Source: Candidatus Pacearchaeota archaeon
GTDB lineage: Archaea; Nanobdellota; Nanobdellia; Pacearchaeales; GW2011-AR1
Assembly: GCA_018304145.1 (NCBI GenBank)
Contig: JAGVWU010000001.1
Location: 144-64,143, forward strand
Direction of reading: 5' to 3'
Length of the DNA: 64,000 bases
A program made the position numbers and the translations under genes. This document shows, in pieces, positions 40,580-48,929 of this stretch. The notes under the pieces were generated by a model. That model was given only the letters and a program-made list of their open reading frames with translations, did not search any database and was not told the DNA's origin. Positions within the stretch are counted from its first letter, which is position 1, and each line of letters starts with the position of its first letter.

Positions 40580-40849
40580 TCAATTTTCTTTATCCTCATA
40601 TATATACATCAAGAAAGGAATTCCTTCTTTTTCTCTTTTTATTTTTCTAATCCTTTTATCTAGTTCATCAAAATCTCGTGGATATTCTATTCGATAAGAA
40701 AATTTTGATCTTTTTTCTTTTAATTTTTGAAATTCGTTTATTAGATCCATTTTAAATCTAAGTACATTCCAAGCGCCTATACTTTCAGTATATGCCATTT
40801 TACCTTCAATCTCTATAATATTTTTTGGAGTTATAGCTTTCTTTTCCAT
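40580..40849 (-). CDS. small hypothetical protein
   Basis: 89 aa; GAGGTG RBS upstream. Confidence 0.65.
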   Translation of the reverse strand: MEKKAITPKNIIEIEGKMAYTESIGAWNVLRFKMDLINEFQKLKEKRSKFSYRIEYPRDFDELDKRIRKIKREKEGIPFLMYIYEDKEN

Positions 40850-40920
40850 TTTCAGAGTATCACCTCTGAAATATATAATTCTTTAAATAAATTGGTGGAT
40901 ATAGTATATAACATTATAAC

Positions 40921-40973
40921 ACAACCCCTAGAGTTGCATATCCTTCGAACTATAGCACAACCTAGGTGGTTGT
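40921..40973. promoter_or_regulatory. two ACAAC-N7-GTTG operators, putative TrmB sites
   Basis: 40921-40936 and 40957-40973, just upstream of TTTAAAAA at 40981. Confidence 0.6.
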
Positions 40974-41047
40974 AGTTAAATTTAAAAATACCATCTTTCT
41001 GGTTAATTTATCCCTGTGGGAAAATGAGTTCTGTGATAATTTAGAAA

Positions 41048-41773
41048 ATGTCAAATCAAATAGAAACTTTAGATGCAAAACTACTAGGATTGAACAATTA
41101 CGAATTATCAGCTTATAAGTCATTGATAAAACTTGGTAAGAGCTCTGCGCCAGAGATAAGTAAAATTAGTACTGTTCCATATGGAAGAATTTACGATGTA
41201 TTGTATTCGCTTGAAGCTAAGGGGTATATTAAAACGATAACTGGTAAAACAAAATATTTCATTGCATCAGGTCCTAAAGAAATAATAAAACTAATTCAAG
41301 ATAAAAAGAAAGAGTTAGAGAATCTTGAAACAGAATTCGAAAAACTTGAACAAATATATGATACTAAAGAAGATGAACCAGTAATTATTGTTAAGGGTAA
41401 TAGAAATTTTCATAGAATTATCAAAGAAAAGCCTGAAGCAAAAAAATATCGTTATACAATAAAATATAATTCTGTAATAAATCCTGAATGGATTAAAGGT
41501 TATAAGAGTAAGTTAAGGAAAAAAATTGATATCAAGAATCTAGTAAGATATGATGAAAAAACAAAGAAAAATGTAATGAAATGGAAAAATGTTCTCCCTG
41601 AAATTAAAGCAATTGAAAATGAGGGAGTTGTGATGTCTTTAATTGACGATCATTATGTTATGATTGGATTGATTACTTCTAATTGTACTATTGTAATAAA
41701 AAATGAAGCACTTTGCAAGATTCTGAAAAAAATGTATCTTGCAACTTACGAAAAAGCAGAGGTGATAAAGTAA
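41048..41773 (+). CDS. TrmB-family transcriptional regulator
   Basis: LGLNNYELSAY...VPYGRIYDVLYSLEAKG. Confidence 0.9.
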   Translation: MSNQIETLDAKLLGLNNYELSAYKSLIKLGKSSAPEISKISTVPYGRIYDVLYSLEAKGYIKTITGKTKYFIASGPKEIIKLIQDKKKELENLETEFEKLEQIYDTKEDEPVIIVKGNRNFHRIIKEKPEAKKYRYTIKYNSVINPEWIKGYKSKLRKKIDIKNLVRYDEKTKKNVMKWKNVLPEIKAIENEGVVMSLIDDHYVMIGLITSNCTIVIKNEALCKILKKMYLATYEKAEVIK

Positions 41774-41774
41774 A

Positions 41775-42947
41775 ATGCAACAAAAACTTAAACAAAAACA
41801 ATCGAATCAAAATATTTCATGGAATAAATTAAGTTCAATTTCAAAAGTTTATCTTTTAGATATCTATAGAGATATTTTAGCAAATGAACAAATAAAAAAA
41901 TGCCAACTTTTGAATAATAGAGATGTTTATTTTAAAGATTCTAATATGACTTTACAAGGAACTTCTGTTTCAGGACTAAGCTCTCCGGCTATTTTAGATA
42001 GACCAATAATTTTTGATAAAAATAATTCTATCAAACAGAATCTTGATAAATTTACTTCAATTTTAGCAGAATGTTATTTAAAAAATATGAAAAATGATTT
42101 GAAAGTTTTCAAAAAAGCATTTCCTGATGATATTGAGCAATTCAGGAAAATTGGTACTTATTGGGTTGGACATATAAGTGCTAAAATGTTAGGATTAATT
42201 TTCAAGTTAGATATCGATATGGATAAACTTGATCCAAACAAATACAGAATCAATGTTCCATTTTATCAACTGATGAACAATTCTAAATATAGCAAATTAA
42301 AGAAACTATACTTAGAAAAAACTAATAATCATTCAATTAAATTTATATCAAAAAAAAGTTTTATTTTATCTGATTCAACAGGAGCAAGAGGAATTGTTAA
42401 TGACGTTAATTCAAAAGAAAGAAGTAGAATAAGAATTCTTGTTCCATCAAATGTTAATAATATTCTTTCAATAATTTCTAAATTAACTGTTAAGAAAATT
42501 AATTTATTAAAAAGCAAATATAAAGAAACTGAAAATTTAAATCTTAAATCATTGGCTTTAATCTGTAGTGATACAGATTCTCCAGAAGGAATTTATAGAG
42601 AATTGGAATGGCGTCCAATTGAGGGTTATCCCTTAACTCCTGGCTGTTTTATTCTAGGTTCAACAGGATCTTTGGATTTATATTGTTTACAAGCAAAATA
42701 TATTTACAGATTATCATTAGCTGCTCAAGAAGAAATGAAAAATAGTATAACCAGTAACATTAAAGGAAAATATACGCCTGTAGTTTGGTTCGGAGCATTA
42801 AGTCTTCACGCATTAACTGAGCATAAAATAGTTGACACTGAAAAATTATCAGAACTAAGATATGATGGAGATTATGATCCTAAAAAAGAGTTTTTACATT
42901 GGATAAATAGAGAAGGTAAAGAGTATCTTAAAGGAGATTTAAAATGA
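41775..42947 (+). CDS. divergent CofE (F420:glutamate ligase)-fold protein
   Basis: C-terminal half has ILVP, LICSDTD, ILGSTG, LSLAAQEEM and TPVVW in the order of the CofE motifs. Confidence 0.5.
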   Translation: MQQKLKQKQSNQNISWNKLSSISKVYLLDIYRDILANEQIKKCQLLNNRDVYFKDSNMTLQGTSVSGLSSPAILDRPIIFDKNNSIKQNLDKFTSILAECYLKNMKNDLKVFKKAFPDDIEQFRKIGTYWVGHISAKMLGLIFKLDIDMDKLDPNKYRINVPFYQLMNNSKYSKLKKLYLEKTNNHSIKFISKKSFILSDSTGARGIVNDVNSKERSRIRILVPSNVNNILSIISKLTVKKINLLKSKYKETENLNLKSLALICSDTDSPEGIYRELEWRPIEGYPLTPGCFILGSTGSLDLYCLQAKYIYRLSLAAQEEMKNSITSNIKGKYTPVVWFGALSLHALTEHKIVDTEKLSELRYDGDYDPKKEFLHWINREGKEYLKGDLK

Positions 42948-43780
42948 GAATATTAGTAATAGGTGATCTACATGGAGAATTTCCTGAGAGTGTTCGAGAA
43001 GTAATAAAAAAGGAAAAAATAGATTTAATCCTTTCAACAGGTGACTTTGCTAATTTTGATAACTATAGAAAAATAAAATTTGATAAAATAGATAAAACAA
43101 ACTTTGCTAAAAACAAAGTCAAAGATCATATTCAAAATGATGAATATCAAAAGATGATTAATGAAATTATAAAATCTATGGAAAAACCCTTAGAAGTTTT
43201 AGATTCTTTTAATATTCCTGTTTATTCAATTTATGGAAATCTTGATTATACAAACTATGAAGTTAACAAACATAAAATAAAATCTAATAGTTTAAACAGA
43301 ATTATTAAGAAATCAAAAAATATTAAATTATTCCGAGAAGGATTTGTTGATTTTGATGATTTACAAATATTATTATTTTCAGGATATAGAAAAAATTATT
43401 TAAAATATGCTCCAAAGAAAACAAAGAAAGTTGATAGATTAAATAAGGGTTGGAAAGACAGACTTTCAAAAATATTTTCACAAATCAAACCAAATAAACC
43501 AGTTTTATTTTTATTCCATGATCCTCCAAAAGATACTAAATTAGATTTGATAAATAATCCAAATAGCCCAATGAATGGAAAGCATGTTGGAGACGAGATT
43601 ATAAGAGAATTTATAGAAAAATATCAACCTCAAGTTGCTATTTGTGGACATATGCACGAAACACAAGGAACTGACCAGATAAAAAAATCTCTAGTTATAA
43701 ATGCAGGTTATGGAAGAGTCGGACAATTTTTAATTTTGGATATTAATGGTGATGAAATTAAATATGATTTGAGGAAATAA
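42944..43780 (+). CDS. calcineurin-like metallophosphoesterase
   Basis: GDLHG, TGD, GNLD, HDPP, GHMHE. Confidence 0.9.
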   Translation: MRILVIGDLHGEFPESVREVIKKEKIDLILSTGDFANFDNYRKIKFDKIDKTNFAKNKVKDHIQNDEYQKMINEIIKSMEKPLEVLDSFNIPVYSIYGNLDYTNYEVNKHKIKSNSLNRIIKKSKNIKLFREGFVDFDDLQILLFSGYRKNYLKYAPKKTKKVDRLNKGWKDRLSKIFSQIKPNKPVLFLFHDPPKDTKLDLINNPNSPMNGKHVGDEIIREFIEKYQPQVAICGHMHETQGTDQIKKSLVINAGYGRVGQFLILDINGDEIKYDLRK

Positions 43781-43781
43781 A

Positions 43782-44321
43782 ATGACAAAAACAAATTTAG
43801 TTTTATTGACAGGGCTTCCAGCAGCAGGAAAAAGTACAGTTGCACAGAGATTAGTTAGGGAAAATGGTTTTGCTATTTTATCCACAGATGATTTAAGACA
43901 ATCATTATTTCAGCAAACTTATGAAGAATTAGCAAAAGATGGAAAAAGAAAAGATGAAGTAGTAAGAAAGATTATTGATTATTCTAAATTACAGATTTTA
44001 GCAGCAGGTTGTGATTTGGTTATTGACTCAACTGCCCCTACAGAAAAATTCAGAAGGAGAATGTTAGAGCTACCAAAAGATCTTGAACAAACCATTAAGA
44101 AAACTATTTTATATGTAAGTGCTGGAGAATTTGTTAGAAATTCAAGACATATTTCTAGAGGAGGTTCTGGGGTTGCTTTGGAAACTATTCAAGGATTTTG
44201 GAAAGAGCCTCGAGATGGATTTTGTGGTGCTAGTTTATATTCTATTTATAATAATAGCGACAGTGATATAGGAAAATTGTATAGAGATGTTACAGATTTT
44301 TATGAGTGGTTGAAGGGATAA
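43782..44321 (+). CDS. P-loop kinase (polynucleotide kinase/AAA_33-like)
   Basis: GLPAAGKST, STDDLR, VIDST. Confidence 0.85.
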   Translation: MTKTNLVLLTGLPAAGKSTVAQRLVRENGFAILSTDDLRQSLFQQTYEELAKDGKRKDEVVRKIIDYSKLQILAAGCDLVIDSTAPTEKFRRRMLELPKDLEQTIKKTILYVSAGEFVRNSRHISRGGSGVALETIQGFWKEPRDGFCGASLYSIYNNSDSDIGKLYRDVTDFYEWLKG

Positions 44322-44372
44322 TTTTGGTATAAGAGTTGATAAGTTTAATAAGCCTTTATTTTATGTTTATAT

Positions 44373-45446
44373 ATGCCATCGGAATCTATTGAACATCTAG
44401 AATTGAAGCGAAAAGCGAGAGAAATCTTAACTAATAAATATGGATTTAAAGATAATGAAATAACTGAAGAATATCCTCATATTTTGTCTAATGGTGTAAG
44501 AATTGAAATTGACGTTTTCGCAAAGAATAGTAATGGATTAAAAGCGATTGAATGTGGAAGTGTTAGTAAGTTAAAATTAATTACTATGAAAAATGAATTC
44601 GGAAAAGAAAATGTTATTCATATTCCATACTCTGAAGCGGTGTTAAAATCATTATTTTATGGAGATAAAGATTTATCTTCAAAAAAACAATTACTAAAAG
44701 CAGTTTTTAATGAAGAAATTTATGAAAAATTAAAGGAAGATAAAGACTATGGGTTTCTAGAATATAATGATAAAAATAAGGATTATTTTTATATTGGAAG
44801 ATTTGAATCTTGGATGGCTTTTCCAACAAATAGAAGTATTATTGATGGCAGAAAATTAATGTATGAAATTAACTTTACTATTTCTTATATTGATAAAGAA
44901 ACCTATGAAATAACTATAAATGCTGAAACAAATGATTCTGTAAGTCAATATATTGAATTAACTGATAATACTAAAGACAAAATATTTGATGAATTAAAAA
45001 AATTACCTTCAAATTTTTTTACTCAAGATGGAATAAAATTCAAAACTGAAAAGAGAAGACTTCCACCTTTACCGAGAAATTGGGAGGTTACAGAACCTAC
45101 CCCCTGCAATCAACTAACAAAGGAAAAATTAATAGAAATAGAGAATAGATTAAAGTGGTATTTAAGCGAAGGTGGAAAATTTGAAGAATATCCAATACTT
45201 TCATTGGTAAGAATAAATGTTAGAAAAAAAGATTTAGCAAAAACCTTACTTATATTAAAGCCCATTTATTTACTATCATTTAAGTTTAAAACAAAAAAAG
45301 AAGAAAAAGCCGTTCATGATAGTTTGGAATCATTAAAACAGAGAAGGAATGCAATATTAAGTGGATTTATTCCAGAAGCAACACAAGAAGAATATGAAGA
45401 CCTTGAAGTTCAAATAGCAAAGATGCAAAAAGAATTAGATGAATAG
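44373..45446 (+). CDS. protein with N-terminal PD-(D/E)XK-like domain
   Basis: ESIEHLELK...EEY...IDVFA...AIECG. Confidence 0.6.
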   Translation: MPSESIEHLELKRKAREILTNKYGFKDNEITEEYPHILSNGVRIEIDVFAKNSNGLKAIECGSVSKLKLITMKNEFGKENVIHIPYSEAVLKSLFYGDKDLSSKKQLLKAVFNEEIYEKLKEDKDYGFLEYNDKNKDYFYIGRFESWMAFPTNRSIIDGRKLMYEINFTISYIDKETYEITINAETNDSVSQYIELTDNTKDKIFDELKKLPSNFFTQDGIKFKTEKRRLPPLPRNWEVTEPTPCNQLTKEKLIEIENRLKWYLSEGGKFEEYPILSLVRINVRKKDLAKTLLILKPIYLLSFKFKTKKEEKAVHDSLESLKQRRNAILSGFIPEATQEEYEDLEVQIAKMQKELDE

Positions 45447-45450
45447 AATA

Positions 45451-45984
45451 TTATTCTTCCACTTTATTACCTCTCCAAAAATAAAGGTCTAGATAGCATC
45501 TATCACAGTTATATTCTTCGTTTGAAACTTGCTTAGCAAATTTTTGTAAATTATAGCTGTCTTCTTTTATTAAACTCTTAATATTATTCCATCTTAATTT
45601 TATTCCTTTTTGTTCTGCCATCTCAACTAATTTCTTTGCATTTGGATTGTCTAAAGGAACTTCTAAAAAAGGAATTATTTTATTTAACCCATACTCTTTA
45701 GAGAGAAATATATCGTGTGAAGACTGAAATAAGAATATGTTCAACGCTTTTCTTGCTATTCCCCAGCTTTTAGAATGAATTTTTTCTTTCAGAAGATTAG
45801 TCTGTTCATCTAGTTTATTTAAAAAATCAGATTCAGATAAAGTATTATTAAAAATATTGAGGTCAAAACTTTTTAGAAATTCTCTTGTTAAGTTTATTGT
45901 TCCAGTAGGTTGTCCTCGTAAGGTGGATGGACCTATTGAAATGTTTGATATTCTTTTTTGAACTAACTTTATAAATGATACCAT
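45451..45984 (-). CDS. hypothetical protein, possibly helical glycosylase-like fold
   Basis: WGIARKALNIFL...LEVPLD...LDLYFW; ATG at 45984. Confidence 0.6.
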   Translation of the reverse strand: MVSFIKLVQKRISNISIGPSTLRGQPTGTINLTREFLKSFDLNIFNNTLSESDFLNKLDEQTNLLKEKIHSKSWGIARKALNIFLFQSSHDIFLSKEYGLNKIIPFLEVPLDNPNAKKLVEMAEQKGIKLRWNNIKSLIKEDSYNLQKFAKQVSNEEYNCDRCYLDLYFWRGNKVEE

Positions 45985-45989
45985 TTTAA

Positions 45990-46661
45990 TTATTCTTCCA
46001 TCTCTTCCCAAGCACACCATTCACATTCTCCATGCTCATGTTTTCTAGGACAAGGTCCATTAAGTAGTTTAATTGCTTTCTTCCAAATGTTCTCGGCGTT
46101 TTTTACATCTATTTTCATCTTAACAAGTTTAGTCTCGAAGATTACTTCTCCAGTTTCCTTGACTTCTTTTGGATAATAAAACAACAAGAAAGAATAATCT
46201 TCGGTTTCATAACCATTTTCCCTAAAAAGATAGTTGTAAAAATCAAGTTGGTTTTGATAATGTTTGTGTGTATCTTCCTTTAATGGAAACCCACGAGTTT
46301 TATAATCTAATATAATTATTTTCTTGCCTTTTGTTAAAAGATTGTCTATTGCACCGTGCAATATGTTACCTTCATTGTCCTTAATTGAAATACCTTTGAA
46401 GTTGCTTCTCCAAACTTTAAGCAACTCAACATCATTAAACAAATTACAGTCTTTGCATTCCTTGTTTTCTCGAAGTTCAGGGGGAAGTTTACCTTTCTCC
46501 ATAAATTTATCAAAATGCTTTTTTAGAATTGCATCCATTCCACTTGGAAGGGATGGGAATATTGTATCTGGTCTTTTTTTCTCTTTATTATAATGCAACC
46601 AGAAACATCTAGGGCAATCTTCTATTAAGGATAAAGATGATGGTGAGAGTTTATATGGCAT
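45990..46661 (-). CDS. RecB/Cas4-like PD-(D/E)XK nuclease
   Basis: LSPS...CPRCF, GAID, LDYKT, QLDFY, C-terminal C...CEWC. Confidence 0.85.
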   Translation of the reverse strand: MPYKLSPSSLSLIEDCPRCFWLHYNKEKKRPDTIFPSLPSGMDAILKKHFDKFMEKGKLPPELRENKECKDCNLFNDVELLKVWRSNFKGISIKDNEGNILHGAIDNLLTKGKKIIILDYKTRGFPLKEDTHKHYQNQLDFYNYLFRENGYETEDYSFLLFYYPKEVKETGEVIFETKLVKMKIDVKNAENIWKKAIKLLNGPCPRKHEHGECEWCAWEEMEE

Positions 46662-46662
46662 T

Positions 46663-47772
46663 TTATTTATTATCTGTTGCTGTAAGAAATTTTTTTAATG
46701 TTTCTCCTCTTTCTTCGGCTTTTTTAGAAAGAACTTCGGATAAAGCATTATTTTTCAATTGAGGTATTGCGATTTTTATTTTTTCTCCCATTTCAACTCT
46801 AATCATTTTATTTATAATGTCTTTTTCTATCATTGGTGCTTTACTATACATCGATATAATAGAATATTTGTTTTGTAATATATTGCCTCTATCTTCGTTG
46901 CATTTGATAAATTTACAGTTTAATCCATAATTTATATAATTTTTATAAACTGTTTCTTTTTCAACTAAATGCCAATTCATTAAATCTATGTTAAATAAAT
47001 CATTCCACTCTTCATAATTAAAATCTTTTTTCATTGAAAGTGGTATACTCATCTCTATAGATTTCAGATATTTACTCGAAGAAATTAAGAAATTAAGTGG
47101 GTTGTTATAACTTCTACCCCTTTCTTTTAATTCTTTAAGATATGCTCTTAAATCTTTGTCTTTATGACCAAAAAATGTATCATCATCTCCTTTTATTATT
47201 TCAGGTGTTATGAATATTTTATCATCCTTCTCTTTTAATGCCCAAAGAAATAAATTATATTTTATCTCTTTTGCCTTTGAAGTTATTTCAGTTACACAAG
47301 GTTTTTGAGTTGCTAAAACAAATTCTTTATCTATAATATCTCCAACTAAACTTTTATAAAAATCTAATATTCTCATTCTTCTACCCTCGATAGTATTAGT
47401 AATTTCTATATTCTCAACAACTTCTTTTGAATATTCTTTTAAACCATTCATAATAGAAATTGCATTATGTGCTGATACACCTTCTTTTACACTTATAAGA
47501 ATTATATTTTTATTTCCATATAATAAAATATCAAAATTCTTTTCTTTGAAAAAAAATAAGGGTTCTGTCCTAACAAATTTAATAGGAGAATCATTTGAAT
47601 TAAAAGCAAAAATAATTATACCAATATCATTTATTTCACTACGATTAACTGCTATCTGACTATGAATGCTTCCCTCATATTCTTTTGATAATTTAGCTCT
47701 CATATCATCAACTTTCTTTTTAAGAATAATCTTCATTTTCTTACTGTTCTCGGAATTTATTTTGGAACTCAT
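46663..47772 (-). CDS. hypothetical protein, PD-(D/E)XK-like
   Basis: EP...FDILL...LISVK. Confidence 0.65.
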   Translation of the reverse strand: MSSKINSENSKKMKIILKKKVDDMRAKLSKEYEGSIHSQIAVNRSEINDIGIIIFAFNSNDSPIKFVRTEPLFFFKEKNFDILLYGNKNIILISVKEGVSAHNAISIMNGLKEYSKEVVENIEITNTIEGRRMRILDFYKSLVGDIIDKEFVLATQKPCVTEITSKAKEIKYNLFLWALKEKDDKIFITPEIIKGDDDTFFGHKDKDLRAYLKELKERGRSYNNPLNFLISSSKYLKSIEMSIPLSMKKDFNYEEWNDLFNIDLMNWHLVEKETVYKNYINYGLNCKFIKCNEDRGNILQNKYSIISMYSKAPMIEKDIINKMIRVEMGEKIKIAIPQLKNNALSEVLSKKAEERGETLKKFLTATDNK

Positions 47773-47773
47773 T

Positions 47774-48829
47774 TTAGTATATTATCTTTGTCAATTGGTC
47801 TATTTTTTCAGTAAGAAATCTGTGAAATCTTACTATAGAAACAAAACTTGATTTATATTTTGGGATAATTGTAAATCTCTTTCCGTCTGAAGTCATTGAA
47901 AATATATTTCCTTTCTGTTCATCAACAACATTTGAACTAAAAATAACCGAACCCTCTTCTAATTTAGTATTGTAAACACTAAAATTATTTTTTTCCATCA
48001 CTGTTAAAAACTCACGAAATTCTTCAAATGAAATGTCTTTTTCTATTTCAAAAATCACCTGTTTAGTTTCAAGAATTTCTCTACCATTTTCTTTTTTAAT
48101 ATCCATTTTTGCACTTTCCATCTCTTGATTATCTTTTATGACCATTTCTATAAATCTTTCAATAATATTATTCAAAAAATCCTCTACTTTTCCATAATAT
48201 AATGTATAATACCCTCTCTTGTTTATTTTGAATTTAAATGAATTTGGAATAACAAACTCGATAGCTTGTGGGAGAACACCATATACAAATCTCATTTCTT
48301 CAAAAGCTGTTTTGGCATCATCTCCTGTATATTCTATATCTCTATAGAACATAGGTCTCTTACATTCCTGTTTACCCATGTCCACTTTTTTACCGTGGAA
48401 GTAAGTCATATAACTTCCTTCAATCTTTAATATAATATCCTTCAAGTTATCAAAATAAGAGGGAGGTAGCCATAAATAGTATACATTTGGAATATTGTCT
48501 ATAATTCCAAATAGAGTTCTATACAAATCACTAATTCCATTAAAAGTGAAGATAAAATAAATTTCTTTATATTTTGAATGCCTTAATAAGTAATAATCTA
48601 CTTCACGGTTCTCTTTATGTAACTGATATATTTTTGAAAAATGAATTATTTCTCCAAAGGAGGAATTATCTATTATAAATTCATTTTCTTCTAATTTCTC
48701 ATAAATTGAATCTAATTCATCATTTAAAAAAATAGTAATTATTTGTAAATTTTTATTATTATCCTTTAAAGTATCATTACAAAGACCACAGAATGAACTT
48801 GCAGAATATTTTTGAATTGGTAATTTCAT
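47774..48829 (-). CDS. hypothetical protein
   Basis: 351 aa; 1-nt gap to the downstream gene. Confidence 0.7.
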   Translation of the reverse strand: MKLPIQKYSASSFCGLCNDTLKDNNKNLQIITIFLNDELDSIYEKLEENEFIIDNSSFGEIIHFSKIYQLHKENREVDYYLLRHSKYKEIYFIFTFNGISDLYRTLFGIIDNIPNVYYLWLPPSYFDNLKDIILKIEGSYMTYFHGKKVDMGKQECKRPMFYRDIEYTGDDAKTAFEEMRFVYGVLPQAIEFVIPNSFKFKINKRGYYTLYYGKVEDFLNNIIERFIEMVIKDNQEMESAKMDIKKENGREILETKQVIFEIEKDISFEEFREFLTVMEKNNFSVYNTKLEEGSVIFSSNVVDEQKGNIFSMTSDGKRFTIIPKYKSSFVSIVRFHRFLTEKIDQLTKIIY

Positions 48830-48929
48830 TTTATTTTGACCTCTCTCAAACTGAATGTAATACTTTTTTATACTTTTTTGCTATTTATTCACTCACATAT
48901 AATAGTAAAATTATGCTCTTTCACACGTT

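Noticed and set aside
45990-46661. CRISPR-Cas locus suggested by the Cas4-like gene
   Set aside because: No repeat-spacer array or other cas genes seen in the window
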